A stretch of DNA of 64,000 bases from Schizosaccharomyces osmophilus (lineage: Eukaryota), in contig NC_079238.1 of NCBI RefSeq assembly GCF_027921745.1, positions 62,001 to 126,000 of the forward strand, read 5' to 3'. Position numbers and translations under genes: made by a program. Positions 11,581 through 24,466 of the stretch are shown piece after piece (the first letter of the stretch is position 1; the number at the start of each line of letters is the position of its first letter). The notes beneath the pieces were generated by a model, which was not told where the DNA came from, made no database searches, and saw only the letters and a list, made by a program, of their open reading frames with translations.

Positions 11581-13191
11581 ATGGCAAAGATTATTGTTAT
11601 CGTAATGCTAGTTTTTGTGTCAATGGCCGGCTGGATGAACGGTGCTGACACTGGCTCTATTTCTGGTGTTACTCATATGCGTGATTTTCAATCCAAATTT
11701 GCCGATCACTATGATCAAAAGACAGATAGCTATTCTTACTCTTCGGCTCGCCAGAGTCTCATTACTGGCATGATCAACGTTGGGTCGTTTACTGGTTGCT
11801 TCCTGTCGGCTCCGTTAGCAGACGCTGTTGGAAAACGTTATTCGATATTTATTTGGTGCATTGTTTACCTTATTGGAGTCATTGTGCAAATGACTGCTTC
11901 TTCCTCATGGATTCAGATTGTCATTGCTAAAGTTTGGACTGGCTTTGCAGTCGGCGCTACGTCGGTGATTGCCCCAGGATACCAATCTGAAGTTGCTCCA
12001 GCTTCCATGCGTGGAGCTATTGTTACAACTTACCAATTGTTTATTACGGCTGGTATTTTCGTTGCTGCTTGTATCAACATGGGTACGCATAATTACAAGC
12101 ATCACAAGTCAGCTTCATGGAGAGTTTCCATGGGAATGAATTTGTTGTGGGGTCTCATCACCTTGATTGGAATTACTTTTCTCCCCGAGTCTCCCCGGTA
12201 TTTGATAGCTATTGGTAAGGATCAAGAGGCTTTAAAAATTATGAGTAAAAATAACGATCTTCCATCAGACCATGAAGCAATTCAAGCTGAATATCATTTG
12301 ATTAAATCCGATTGCCAAGTCGAATTGGCTGGTGGACCAGTGAAATGGCATGAGATTTTTGGAAAAGACATTCGTTTTCGTACGTCCCTCGGATTTGCTG
12401 TCATGTCTTTTCAGCAACTCACAGGCGCCAACTATTATTTTTATTATTGCACCCAAGTCTTTAAAAACAGTGGAATAAGTTCACCCTACTCTGCGGCTTG
12501 TATCTTAGATGGGGTTAATCTTTTCTGTACTTTTTTTGCTATGTTTGTACTTGACCATTTCGGACGCCGTTTGCCTTTGATAGTGGGAGGTATTTGGCAG
12601 TCTGTTTGTTTCTTTATTTATTCTGCAGTCGGTGATAAGGCTTTGACCCGTGACGATGGAAGTTCCAACCAACACGCAGGTGCGGTACTAATTGCATTTT
12701 CTTGCTTTTTTGTTGCCAGTTTTGCTGTAACATGGGCTCCGGCTGCATACGTTATTGTTGGTGAGTCCTATCCTGTGCGTTACCGCTCAAAGTGCGCCGC
12801 ACTTGCTACCTCTGGAAACTGGCTTTTTGACTTCTTAGTTTCATTTTTCACTCCATACATTACCAATATAATTGGCTTTAAATATGGATACGTCTTTGCA
12901 GTTTCTAATTTGATCGGTTCAGTTATCATCTTTCTCTTTGCCCATGAGACAAAAGGTCTCACTTTAGAAGAAGTCAATCTTGTTTACTCTTCAAACTTGA
13001 AGCCATGGCGCTCACGTCCAAAAGAGCTTGGTGGTTACTCAAAGGACCAGCAAGAAGCAATGGAAAAAGCAAATACTGGTGTATGTGGGGAATCCTTCGA
13101 CCACTATGAGTATACTCCTAATACTATATCTCCTACCGAGTCTTCTTTATTTCATAAAAAAGATGAGCAATTGAACAACGAGAAAGAATAG
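11581..13191 (+). CDS. Hexose transporter, Ght family (Ght5/6/8-like clade)
   Basis: [79 protein letters not shown] at 11581. Confidence 0.92.
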   Translation: MAKIIVIVMLVFVSMAGWMNGADTGSISGVTHMRDFQSKFADHYDQKTDSYSYSSARQSLITGMINVGSFTGCFLSAPLADAVGKRYSIFIWCIVYLIGVIVQMTASSSWIQIVIAKVWTGFAVGATSVIAPGYQSEVAPASMRGAIVTTYQLFITAGIFVAACINMGTHNYKHHKSASWRVSMGMNLLWGLITLIGITFLPESPRYLIAIGKDQEALKIMSKNNDLPSDHEAIQAEYHLIKSDCQVELAGGPVKWHEIFGKDIRFRTSLGFAVMSFQQLTGANYYFYYCTQVFKNSGISSPYSAACILDGVNLFCTFFAMFVLDHFGRRLPLIVGGIWQSVCFFIYSAVGDKALTRDDGSSNQHAGAVLIAFSCFFVASFAVTWAPAAYVIVGESYPVRYRSKCAALATSGNWLFDFLVSFFTPYITNIIGFKYGYVFAVSNLIGSVIIFLFAHETKGLTLEEVNLVYSSNLKPWRSRPKELGGYSKDQQEAMEKANTGVCGESFDHYEYTPNTISPTESSLFHKKDEQLNNEKE

Positions 13192-14057
13192 TTATTTGAC
13201 GCTATGAAAACTTAGAACCACCAAAAAAAAGAAAAAAACTAAAAATAAAAATAAAACCAAAACCAAAAAAAATAAGTACCTTTGAAATGGGGTAGTAAAA
13301 TCGATGATTTTAACGACCTTTTTTGCACGAAATTTACGATAGGATCCTAAGGTTTTATGAATATGGTAAGTATAATGAAAATTGGCTACGATTTAAAGCT
13401 GGTAAGATATTCACATACGTATTCTTGACCGAATTGGGGTAGCCCTGTTTTGCTTACATATAAAATGTTTATACATAAATTTACTTTTGTTGACTACTTT
13501 GCCAAGTGACTAAATTATATTGCTCGTATACAAAATCTGAGACGTTTAATCGTCTATGAACGAGCCTTTGTTTTCTAAAGAGTTTTATTGTTATTGAATA
13601 TCTTTATTTTCTTGCGCTAATGATGTAAATTTATAGTTTGTATTTCAATTGTTTGTGACAATCGTTTCAGCTTGCGCTTCCTGAAACCAGATGAGCAGAT
13701 GAGCTTACAAAATAGAAATGATTTAGTGGCATAAAATATTGTTAATTTCAAGGCTCAAATGCAACATCACTCTCTATTTGTGTGATAGACTTTTCATGTC
13801 TACCATAAGTGGGAGTCATCATCTTTTCTGATAGTCAGCTTTTCGACTTTATAACAAAAAAGAAGCAAATGGATGCAAAGAAAATTTAGCAATCTAAAAA
13901 AAAAGAAAAAAAATATTGTTTCTTTTTTTTTTCAGCATTTAGTTATATACGATCGTGTGCAGGTCAATCGTAAAATAAAAAGGATATAAGTATAAAACTC
14001 TTAAATATATTTGTAGGCTATTATGTATTAGTAAAAAAAAGACTGAAAGGGCGAGCT

Positions 14058-15593
14058 ATACTTGCGCAACATAATTCCATTAGGATCAGTAATTTTCTTA
14101 ATAGTCTTCATCAAAGAAATCATTTAAGGTGTTTTGGAGTACCCAATATACGCTCTTTTCAGAAAACCAAGCCCTTGCTCAGATGAAATTGAACCTTGAA
14201 GAGCAGCAACCCGTTCAAATACCCAAAGTTCAAAATCTTTTTCGACGTTCTTATCAAGCTGCTTTGTAGCAACGTTCAAATGCAAGTTTCCATTACCTAT
14301 ATGGCCGAACCCTACGACGTGATGACTGACTGCCCAGAAGCTTGGTCAATTAAATTTAAATCAACCAATCTTCCCTTTGTTGCTTTTAATAAATCAAAAA
14401 GAACTTGCAGGTAAGGAAACGTCGTACTTGTATATACCGGAACCAACTTTCGGTAAACATCCTGCGGTGCCCTCTCGACGTGTCACGTACTCATCGTTTT
14501 GCTTGTCATTTTGGCAATTGCACCTTCGTTAATTATCTTCTCTTCAGTTAGGCTGTGGACTACCTATTTGAGCTTCTCAAAATCATGTCCTTTACTGGAT
14601 CTTTGAGTTTCAACGAGAACATAAAACGGGTGTTCTCCTTTCAGAGAATGAGACAGCGAACTGTGAGCATCCACAAACCGTTGCGAAGTTTCGTCCATTA
14701 ATTCAAATGCAGAAAGGATTTCTGAGAGATGGTATTTAGCGATATAATAGGATTTCAAACCATCTTCATGGCACGGTAGATCCAATAAGGCAACGTTCCT
14801 TGAACGGGACCTTTAAGGACAAACGACAATTTAATCAGGTGATGATTCCCAAGTACCCTTCACCTCCGGTGAAAAGCTGCTTAATATTTAAGCCAGTCTT
14901 ATCTTTACGTACATGAACCAGATTGTTTAATATGGTACCATCGGGTAGTACAGCCTCCATACCAATAATATTTCCATGGAGGCTACCATATCGCATCAGA
15001 TGAAGACCACCTGCTGAAGTGGTAGCACAACGCCGACTTGAAAAGTTTTCTTTGCTCCAATATCAAGTGGAAAAATATGTTCTCTTTTAATGAAAGATTT
15101 ATCCGTATCTTCCAAAATGATACCAGCATCCAAGGTGAGGATAGAAGAAAGTTCGTCGAAACTGTGAATTTTATTCATCAGAACCAAATTTATGACGATC
15201 TCATCAATAACAGGGACAGGGCCACCAACAAAACCCGTGTTTCCTCCTTGGCGTACAACAGCAAGTCGACGAGAATACAGTATTTGGCGATTTGGCTGGC
15301 CTGTTCTGTAGTTTTGGGCTTGATAGCTAGCCGTAACTTTCCTCGGTAATTTTTGGTCCAGTCAATTTGAAAGCATCGAATTCAGAAGGATCGCTAGATT
15401 CATCAAGGTCGGTAACAATGGATCCTCCATCCTTTGCAAGGACGCTTTTGAAGTAGTCAACATCTTCTTGACTTAAAGTAGTATAACGGCAATCCCGCTG
15501 TGAAGAAGGATAAGCATCTGAGGTGAAAGACGGTTTGGACAAAGGCTGTGAGTCATTCTCTTTACAATTCTTACATTTATTTCCATCAGCCAT
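14058..15593 (-). pseudogene. D-lactate / D-2-hydroxyglutarate dehydrogenase (DLD2-like FAD-linked oxidase) pseudogene
   Basis: Collinear fragments across frames: [104 protein letters not shown]; several frameshifts and stops (e.g. TAA at 14124-14126). Confidence 0.9.
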
Positions 15594-16630
15594 GAACTCT
15601 GGATTGCCTTTGTCAACTTCACAATGGCATGATTACTCTGATGAGTGCAAGAATGCTTAGTACTGCATTTACAATCTTTGTTTCCCATGGTGAAAATTCT
15701 TCGGTATCTAATTCAATTAGTATGCTCCTTTTTTTCTTCTTAAGAAATGCTTTTTATTAAGTACTCGAGAAATCTTTGAACAGAGTATGCTTGATTGATT
15801 GTTTTTACGTATGTATAGCCAGTCAATCATCCTTTCGTTTTCACTTTGAGATGTTTATCATTACAAATACTGAAATAAACGAATTTTGATGACTTTATAA
15901 CCAAGACGCAAACCCGATAGCGACGTCAATATTCCAGTACCATTTCTAGCAGACTTTTGGTTTTTTTTTTTTAAAACGCTTCTAATTTTTTACCTTTATC
16001 GAAAGTAAACGTGATTAAACAAATCGAAACTAAACCATTCCCCCTTTTTTGGGTAAGAATCCATGGATCGGCAAAAGTTTGGTAAATTCAAAAATGATAT
16101 TTATGTACATTGTGCTCGACCGACAACGTGATTTGACCTATCCCAGTTGAGATATGAAGTTTGTTACGAAGTAGGGTTGTTTTCTTCATACCAGTAGAAC
16201 GCGGTCCTTAGTATTCTCCTCCAGTACTTCTATTGTGTTATAAGACAGCACTTAATAGCATCCACTTTCGGCGAATTCGAAATCGCAAAAACAAAATGTC
16301 AAACCATGAGGTTGTCTAAAGAAGTTTAGCAAGTATGATGATGACCTGAATTCAATAAGTACAACCGTCGTATTATTTCGAAGTTATACGGTAAAGTTCT
16401 ACCTGTAAAACTGATATGTTTGTGTCCAGACATATGCTCAAATAAGTTATCAATTAGACTGAAGAAGTAAATGATATATCTTTTTTTCCTTTCAATAGCG
16501 TTTTGGATGAGTGTATACACCAGGCATAACGAAAATACATAGATTAAGAGTTCTATTTTCATAATACCCCTGAATCAATATAGGATTAACTGGTGAAGCT
16601 GTAGAATTAATTCGTACAATACGACTTCAA

Positions 16631-18172
16631 TCAAACCGAAAAATCACTTTTCTTATCGTCATTCGTTACACCCAAGTTTTCAACATCGGGTCCTCGTCGA
16701 CTAGCTTTTGTGAAAATAAAGACAGCTGCAATCAAGGATACTCCGACACCAAGGCCACCAAATCCAATTCCCATGTACCAAGCACTTCGGTATCCCCTCA
16801 AAATATTCGTTCCTTTATGGTTAAGATGTACTTCAATGGTGCCAGCAATACCGAGGCCTATCGAGATAGAATAATTTACAACGGTACTCACAAGAGACGC
16901 AGCAATGCCTTGATTTTCCTTTGAAACAAAATCACTAATTACCAAAGTTGCGGCTGGAAAACTCATATCCATACCCCAAGGAGTTACGATAGTAGCAACA
17001 AAGGTTTGTGCCCAGTAGGTTTGATGGATAGGGGCCGTCGCTAGCAAAATTGAACCAACGGTAAACGCAACCATAGAGATAATCATACAAACAATAGGTC
17101 TAAACCGAGACATTAACTTCCCTGTTGTGGCTGCAGCAACACAGCCACTTATACCAACGGGCGCCATTTGAGCGACAGTTAACAAAGGAGTACTATTTCG
17201 CATCACTTCGAAAAAGTTCCACAAGTAGTAAATCCATATTCCAAAACAAGCCCAACCGGCGGCTATACATACAAGGATAAATCCAATCTCCCCGTTTAAC
17301 GCATCAGGAGGTAGAAGGGGTTGGATCGTTTTATGTTCAACATATAAAAAAACAAGGAGTGATAAAAACCCAACAATCAACAAAACATACACGTATGGTA
17401 TTTGCCAACCAACGACTGGGCCCTGATTCCATGCAAAATTAATAAGTACCAAACCGGCAATACCAAAGAACGACCCAAGATAATCGAAGTGCTGCTTTTC
17501 TGAAGCTTTCTCTTGATTTGTATCTTCTTGAATATCTGGAATAATGAAATAGCTTGCTAAACAGAAAAAAAAGCAGACAATACATGTGCACCAATAGGCC
17601 CAGGGCCACCAAGCCAACTGTGCAAAAATTCCAGAGAAAACAGCACCTAAAAGAAATCCATTCGGTGCTGTAGCTCCAAACATACAAAAAGCCCATTGCT
17701 TTCGTTTTCCAGGAGGATAAACCCTACCAAGGATGGCCAATGCATTGGGTAGCAAAAACGCAGGAGCAATTCCCGTAAGTGCACGACAAACGTCGTACAT
17801 AATTGCAGACTTGGCGTAGACACTAAATCCAGATATCAACGACCATAAGCTATACCATGCATACCCGAACATAAACATATTCTTATGACCGTACATATCA
17901 CCAAGTCTTCCGGCAATAAGAATAAACGTGCCCACTGTCAAGCTGTAAGAAGCCGGAAACCAACTCAATTGACCGCCATTAGTTGTCCCAAATGCTTTTC
18001 CGATAATGTGACTTGGTGCGATTGTTTGGCCCAAACCAGCTTGAGTCATGAGCTGAGCACTGGCAGTCATAAATACAAATAGTAACTCATGAACTAACGA
18101 CATTGGCGGGTTGCTAACCGGTGGTTTCCCACCTGCTTTGAGAGAAGGCACCTCAGCGCTTGGACTATTCAT
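16631..18172 (-). CDS. MFS 14-TM transporter, ATR1/YOR378W(AMF1)-like (DHA2)
   Basis: 513 aa; AQLMTQAGLGQ, SYSLTVGTFILIAGRLGD, GMDMSFPAAT, QGIAASLV. Confidence 0.88.
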   Translation of the reverse strand: MNSPSAEVPSLKAGGKPPVSNPPMSLVHELLFVFMTASAQLMTQAGLGQTIAPSHIIGKAFGTTNGGQLSWFPASYSLTVGTFILIAGRLGDMYGHKNMFMFGYAWYSLWSLISGFSVYAKSAIMYDVCRALTGIAPAFLLPNALAILGRVYPPGKRKQWAFCMFGATAPNGFLLGAVFSGIFAQLAWWPWAYWCTCIVCFFFCLASYFIIPDIQEDTNQEKASEKQHFDYLGSFFGIAGLVLINFAWNQGPVVGWQIPYVYVLLIVGFLSLLVFLYVEHKTIQPLLPPDALNGEIGFILVCIAAGWACFGIWIYYLWNFFEVMRNSTPLLTVAQMAPVGISGCVAAATTGKLMSRFRPIVCMIISMVAFTVGSILLATAPIHQTYWAQTFVATIVTPWGMDMSFPAATLVISDFVSKENQGIAASLVSTVVNYSISIGLGIAGTIEVHLNHKGTNILRGYRSAWYMGIGFGGLGVGVSLIAAVFIFTKASRRGPDVENLGVTNDDKKSDFSV

Positions 18173-19967
18173 TCTTAAAGCAAATGTGTACCTTTAAAAT
18201 CACAGATAACTGCTTTTTTCTTCTATCTATACAAAGTAATTCAAAATATATGAATAGTAGTCACCATGAAAGGAAATTGGTTGAAATGAAATAGCCACTA
18301 GATTTATATAGTCCTACTACATTTGGCAGGTCAATTAGTCGTCTTCAAATTAGTAAGCGTCGACGAAACTCAGGCTCATTATTGGTTAATATTTTTCCCA
18401 TTAATAATCATTGAATTTATTTTTTTATTTTTTTTCTTTAGCATGACTTTTTCGGGATAAGCGTTCATCTTCATGGCACATCGTGATAGATTTAGTTCGA
18501 AAGCAAATGTTAGCAGAACGGCATCAAGAATGATTTCCGTGATAAATCGATTTGTTTTTTAAATGGCGTTGACACATTAGTATGGATAATGGATGGAAAA
18601 AATACGACTTTTTACCCAGGTTTCTCTTGTACACCTTTTAAGGTAGGCCGCATAGTGAGAGCTAGCATATTTCTGTGTTCGAAAAGGATTTTCACAATGA
18701 TTCATAAAATGAGCCGAGCAATCCCAGTTGGAAAAGCAGTAATTTGGGAAGCCCCAAACTAAGATGGTGACTAATTACTCCGGAAACTATGACTGATAAT
18801 ACCTGGTGCTGAAAAGCGTTTTAAAAATTATATGAATTCCAATTCGAAAGTTGGATTCTTTAGACTGAAAGACCTGGCTGTTCCGGTTCCATCCGTATTT
18901 TGTCTTTGACTTAGAAACGTGAAACCGTAACAAAAACTCAAATACAAAATTGCACATATTGTTTGATATGTTTACTGATCCTAATATATTAATGATCATA
19001 TTGGATGCAAATAAAAATTAGCTCGTCCATGAAAAACAATTCATTTTCACGAGGGTGGGCCGGAACTATGACTCAACAAGAAAATGCGATTGAAATTTGA
19101 TGCTCCATGTTTTGAATGTAACAATCTATACTGTCACAAAGCGAGACAAAGTGAATGAAAACTTTTTAGCTGGCAGCGTGAGGGATAAACATTTCTGGCA
19201 TAGAGCTGTCTGGCGTATTTCTTGATATAACTGAATCTTTTGTCGAAACTCACAAATGGAAGGGATCTTTACAAAAATAAGAAGTTTCCTCTTCGTTTGT
19301 ACCATGAGTTTGACACCTTACGAAATAAGCAAGAAGGTGTAAACGCTAACTGGCATGCTTATACTGACTGTATATTATTTACATAAAAGATAATTGGGCC
19401 TTGTTTATGTCTATAAAGGTTTACGAACGATCTAATGACGATACGGTACAAAAGGTGAAGAATTTCCCGATCAGGCAAGGTGCTGAAGATGAGATGAGAA
19501 AGTGTCTCAGAGTAAGCCATTGGGCCAGAGCGTTGAGTGCTCGTACTTTTATTTTATCTTTTAACACTTTTTGTTTATAATATGGCATTTTCTTCTCCAG
19601 GTATCTCTTATTTCGTTTCATAGTAAATCACATTCATCATTAGCTGTGTCGGCGTCCTCGAATATTGAGTTCCTCTCCATCGTCAAAGTTCTTTGGAAGA
19701 AGAGCGTTCTTATCAATTTTAAATTGTTAGCTGCTAGTGAAAACATTAATTTGCTTGCACGAGGATTCGTAACCGCAAGACAACGAATTCATTAGCAATA
19801 CAAATACTGAAATTGATTTAAAGGTGCACAACAGCAATATCTTTATGTTTTGTTAAAGAAGGACGAATGAAAAGAAGATCAGGAACGCTCAACTAATTGA
19901 TGGCATAGGAGAGGAATTCAATCAACAAACAAAAGCTAACTACTACATCGGCAGGCCAATTCAATTT

Positions 19968-20783
19968 TTACAGGATTGTAGAAAAAGTCGTGACAAGGGC
20001 CAAGAAAATGTATAGGAACTTGCCGGCTCTGATGAAGGATGCGGAGGATTTGTGGCTTACAGGAGTCTTTAGATTTGGTGCTTTATAAGGTAAGTTGGAA
20101 CGCTTCCTGCTTGCGTTCACTTGCGCATTTAAAGACCTTAAGAAGTTGTCTTCATTATATATTTCTGGATCAAGAAATTGCCAAAATTCATCCTGTAGAT
20201 TTTGGTCATTTTGCCATAGTTCATCTTTCTGGTACCTCAATTGACAGGTTTGATTACCGTCGCAAGGATAAAGATAGTAATCGTATTTCGAAAGTGTTCC
20301 GTTCGCATCTAATCCATAAGTGTAATTGGAATATGCATATGTCATATTTGGGGTCAGCATATAGTAAGATTGGGAGATTCCTGAGGCGTTGATATGTTTA
20401 TGAGAAGAATCTCTCATAAATACGGAAACAGTCGCATTGAAATTTGGTATCTTGGTACATTTCCGAGCAGTACCTTTGTAGCATTTTTTCCTCTTTGCAT
20501 TAATCTGTGTGCATGTAATACTGGAACGATTGTAGGGAACTGTCAAAATAGAGCCGGCATAATCTGTAGACAAGCTGAAACTCTCTCCGCCAGCCGTAGG
20601 AGGATTCATAATGAACGAAACATTCCCACGACAATTTTTACTATACGGGAACTTCTGGACGTAGAACGGGTAATCGACCGTTTCCACATTGTTAACGTTG
20701 TCATTTGTGGATAAAAACTTGGAAGGAATAGCCCATCCCAACGAAAACCAGACAAAGTAGATCAAGAAAATGGAAGTCTTCAT
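19968..20783 (-). CDS. Uncharacterised secreted, probably GPI-anchored glycoprotein
   Basis: 271 aa; hydrophobic signal peptide, 9 N-X-S/T sequons, 6 Cys, SSAS followed by a hydrophobic C-terminal tail. Confidence 0.8.
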   Translation of the reverse strand: MKTSIFLIYFVWFSLGWAIPSKFLSTNDNVNNVETVDYPFYVQKFPYSKNCRGNVSFIMNPPTAGGESFSLSTDYAGSILTVPYNRSSITCTQINAKRKKCYKGTARKCTKIPNFNATVSVFMRDSSHKHINASGISQSYYMLTPNMTYAYSNYTYGLDANGTLSKYDYYLYPCDGNQTCQLRYQKDELWQNDQNLQDEFWQFLDPEIYNEDNFLRSLNAQVNASRKRSNLPYKAPNLKTPVSHKSSASFIRAGKFLYIFLALVTTFSTIL

Positions 20784-22368
20784 TTTCTGTTTTTGTTTAT
20801 TATATTAAGAGCGACACAAGTCAACGTCTAGTAGAAATCTCTAATCTTCGTTACAGAATGCAACGGAGCTTGGTGGTTTCAGCGTCCACTAACTGACAGT
20901 ATTTATGTATGTTGTTAATAAAACCAGGCACACCGTACTTTTCGTTCTCACTCGCCGACGAAGTGAAAGAGCTGAGCTGAGACGAAGCTTTCTGCTGTTT
21001 CCAACAAATGAATTATTTCGCTTTTAAGAGTCGTACAACTATTAACGGTCACATTAGTATCGTAAGTGACTATTTAAGGGATGAACTCCGCTTAATTTCC
21101 GGCTTCCAGTTCAGTGGAAGTAGTAGTGCAAGGCATATTCCGATCGCTAGTTGATAACGCAAATTTTTCCAAACGTCTATACATAGTTGTATCAAAAGAC
21201 GTTGACAAGATTACTGTTCAGATCCCTAGATATATCCATTTTCATTTCTTAAACAAAGAGATCTGATATTGATTGACACCTTTTTTTCATAGTCAATCCA
21301 TCCCATTTGAGGATTATTGACATATTTTTTCTTGCATAGTCTTTCATAGAAAAATAAATTGGGTTTTAATCATTCTGTATGATGTGTCTTGTCTTGTTTT
21401 TCTTGCTGACGAAGGGTATGGCTTGCTCTTTCTGAAAAGCGAACACAAGCACATTTCGCTTTGCTATATCAGGAAATCCATAGGCGTGCTAATGAATGCG
21501 ACTACTAGAAATAATAAAGGATGAGTTTTTTTTTTCGGTGGGTAATTTTGCAAAGAAAAAGACATAATTGGACAAATGGTCGGTTTTAAGGATAGATAGT
21601 AAATGCCATTATCATTTCTCAAATGTTTTATGAATGTCCTTGGAAACAACGGAAGAATTGAAGCTTTTATATTCAAAATACACGCTCCTCAAGCACACCC
21701 ATTTGGATGAAGCTACTATTGAAACGAGCTGAGCTTCAAGTAGCTTCGGAAGCGTATGTCAAAATAATGATCAATATTTGGCGATCAATAGAAAACCTCC
21801 AGGTAGGGTTTTCTTTGCCGAACAGCAATTTCAAATACGTCAATCCCACACGGTTCATTTTTGTGCGTGTTGCTGCACCAAGCAAGCTATGCGTGACAAT
21901 AAGCAAATTCATATTTATGCCTGTATGAAGTTCTCTATGTAGAAACACCTTCTGATGGACACCAGAGTTTCCCTCAGTTTCATCCTTTATAATCAAAACT
22001 GCCGTTCCATTAAAAAAGGAATGAAAATTCTAGCCACTTTTACTACAATCTAAAACTATTTGGACTGAAATACTTATACCTGAAACTTCAAAAAAAAAGA
22101 AAAAAAATAAAAAAAAAACCATGTCCTCCTTACCCAAACTATGTCAATAATCATGTATCAGCGCCTTTACTGTATTCTCGTGAATCGTACTACGTACAAC
22201 AATTACAACCCAACGTTAGAGCTATAGTGTGTCATTAAGACAACTAGTTAGTGGATTCATTCATATAACATATTCAGATGATTTCGATCGCATAACGTGT
22301 TTATAATTTTAAATTCTCGTAACAAATGTATCATCATTAAACATAAATATCGTAGTTGTTTCCAGCGT

Positions 22369-22800
22369 TTAATTAATAGTAATTTGCTTTTTGGAGCGAG
22401 ATTCCTCAATCTTGGGCAAGACAACGCTTAAAATACCGTGGTTGAATTGAGCTTCAATACGATCGGCATCTACCTTGTTTGGAATGGTGATTGTTCGGGA
22501 GAAGGAACCAAAGCGACGTTCCGACCATCTTTGGTTTCCCTTGTCGCTTTCACTCTTGCGCTCATTCACAGATTCACCAGAAATGGTAAGTTTTCCTTCG
22601 TCGTAATGAACTTGTACGTCTTGCTTTTTGACACCAGGAAGTTCTACATCCACTTCGACGGTATCTTTGCCTTCGTGAACATCAATGGCAGGTGACAAGT
22701 CACCAACACGATTCTGGCGTTGGACACGAGGAGAATAACTCAAAAAGTCAGAAAGACCGTCTTGAAATGGGTATAAATCGAAGAAAGGTTGAAGAGACAT
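22369..22800 (-). CDS. hsp16: Small heat-shock protein (Hsp20/alpha-crystallin family)
   Basis: MSLQPFF..., LSPAIDVHEGKDTVEVDVELPGVKK, NQRWSERRFGSFSRTITIP match recalled S. pombe Hsp16. Confidence 0.95.
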   Translation of the reverse strand: MSLQPFFDLYPFQDGLSDFLSYSPRVQRQNRVGDLSPAIDVHEGKDTVEVDVELPGVKKQDVQVHYDEGKLTISGESVNERKSESDKGNQRWSERRFGSFSRTITIPNKVDADRIEAQFNHGILSVVLPKIEESRSKKQITIN

Positions 22801-23139
22801 TGTAAATAGCGCTTGCTGATTTCAAATAACAATCAAAGGATCCTTATATGCTTTTTCTTTTTTGTCAATGTTGTTGAACTGCCTCTATTGCACTCTAATT
22901 TATACTTGAACACAAGGATGGGTCGATCATTTCTTAAGAGCCCTAGTACTTTCTAGATGCTGCTGGCCTGGCCACTTGGCCACCACCAGGATTCCACGAA
23001 TTTCCGTGCAATTCATTCATCGCTCCTGTCATTTTTTAGTTTTTTTTTTCAATCTGAATAAGAAAAAGGAATTTTCTTTGCTTTTGTTTGCTTCTTTTTT
23101 CCATGAATCCTTTTGTTTACTACTACAGCTTCCCTCGTC

Positions 23140-23214
23140 ATTCTCGATACCTCTAGAAAAATCATCTATTCCTCTTTTGTATGATGAAAAGTAACGAACG
23201 TTCTCGCATATTCC
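23140..23214. promoter_or_regulatory. Heat-shock elements upstream of hsp16
   Basis: In-phase nGAAn/nTTCn units: TTC23141-GAt23146-cTC23151-GAA23156 and GAA23186-GAA23196-TTC23201-GcA23206-TTC23211. Confidence 0.65.
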
Positions 23215-23715
23215 AAAATATAAAATTTCATGTTCTTTGCACAATACAGCCTTAGTAGCCTTGACAAAATTGACAAGAAACAAGCAATAAATGATAGATC
23301 AATATTTATAGGGCTTTGAGTGTACGTGGTGGTTGGTATCCACTATTGTTGCAGTCAATGAAAACAATGTCAATTGTAAACTCGTAAAAGGTACAAATTC
23401 AAACATATAAATGTGGCATTAAAGAATTATGGATGAAAAAAATTTAACTCCCAAGTTGATTATCTTTTGGTTAATTTGCTTGTTATTTGGATTATGCTCA
23501 GGCAACTACAGCTAGTGTCCATTTTCTATAAATCCATGGCTTGCAAATACAAAAAATTATATTAATAAAAGATAGAAAACTTTTATTCATAACTCTCATA
23601 ACACTTGTATCATTATATTTTTCCTTAGTTCATGGACTAGTTGGTTTGAAAGCTTGATTATGCTGGTAATTCAAGGACCGGAACCATCAAAGAAAGCGGA
23701 AAATAAAGAAATTCA

Positions 23716-24264
23716 TCAAGGCCACTTTCTCAACAAATCTCTCAAAGTGTCAATAGGTGTTGCAAAAAGTCCGACGATTGTTTCAAATGGGGGTTTGTTC
23801 GGAGCCGATGGATGACTGTAAGTAGGTACTAGCATCTTTGTTCTCTCGAAAGTCTTGGCTAAATGATGAGACTTTTCAGCTCCCATTTCATTTTCAAGTT
23901 GAGGATATTCAACATTTTCCTCCTCTTCAATATGCTTCTGAAGATGGATCATGATAGTATCCAGCGTCGGAACGAACTCTTGCTCGGCTGGCTTCATTGA
24001 CTGCAACTTGTATAGGTGTTCCTTTATTAATTGATGCTCTTTTCGATTCTTTTCCGCCATCGCATGTCCAGATTCCCCAAGGTATTTAGTGAGTTTAGGA
24101 TAAACGACTATTTCCTCTCCTACTAAGTATCGGGCCAGCTCCCATACAAATTGATTTCGCCAGCGTATTGCGCTGTCAGCATCCTTTGATGATCTTATAT
24201 AATTGTAATAATTCTGCAATTCTGTATGATCGTTGAAAACAACCTTTGATATCGTTGTAGACAT
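23716..24264 (-). CDS. Hemerythrin/HHE cation-binding domain protein
   Basis: 182 aa from ATG 24264; DH, RWRNQFVWELAR..VGEEIVVYP, EHQ, HIEEEE, SHPSAPNKPPFET. Confidence 0.85.
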   Translation of the reverse strand: MSTTISKVVFNDHTELQNYYNYIRSSKDADSAIRWRNQFVWELARYLVGEEIVVYPKLTKYLGESGHAMAEKNRKEHQLIKEHLYKLQSMKPAEQEFVPTLDTIMIHLQKHIEEEENVEYPQLENEMGAEKSHHLAKTFERTKMLVPTYSHPSAPNKPPFETIVGLFATPIDTLRDLLRKWP

Positions 24265-24458
24265 ATTGATCGTCAAGCCGTTTTCCCGCTCTTTTTAAAT
24301 TTTGGTAATAGGTATTAGAGGGTCTGTTTAGCTTCTAAGCAGGAAACTAAATCTACTACGATGTGCTATAGTTAGGTTGACATTAGCACATGCTCATGAT
24401 TTCTATTAATTAAGTCACGTCTGGTTTTCTTTCGAAATTATCAATATGATATACAAGC

Positions 24459-24466
24459 TGACGTCA
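24459..24466. promoter_or_regulatory. CRE (Atf1/Pcr1) site upstream of the HHE gene
   Basis: Perfect TGACGTCA about 195 bp upstream of the ATG. Confidence 0.5.

Noticed and set aside
18700..19800. Short ORFs and a short repeated CCGGA(A)ACTATGACT at about 18780 and 19060
   Set aside because: No identifiable homology, many stops, and the repeat is too short to interpret
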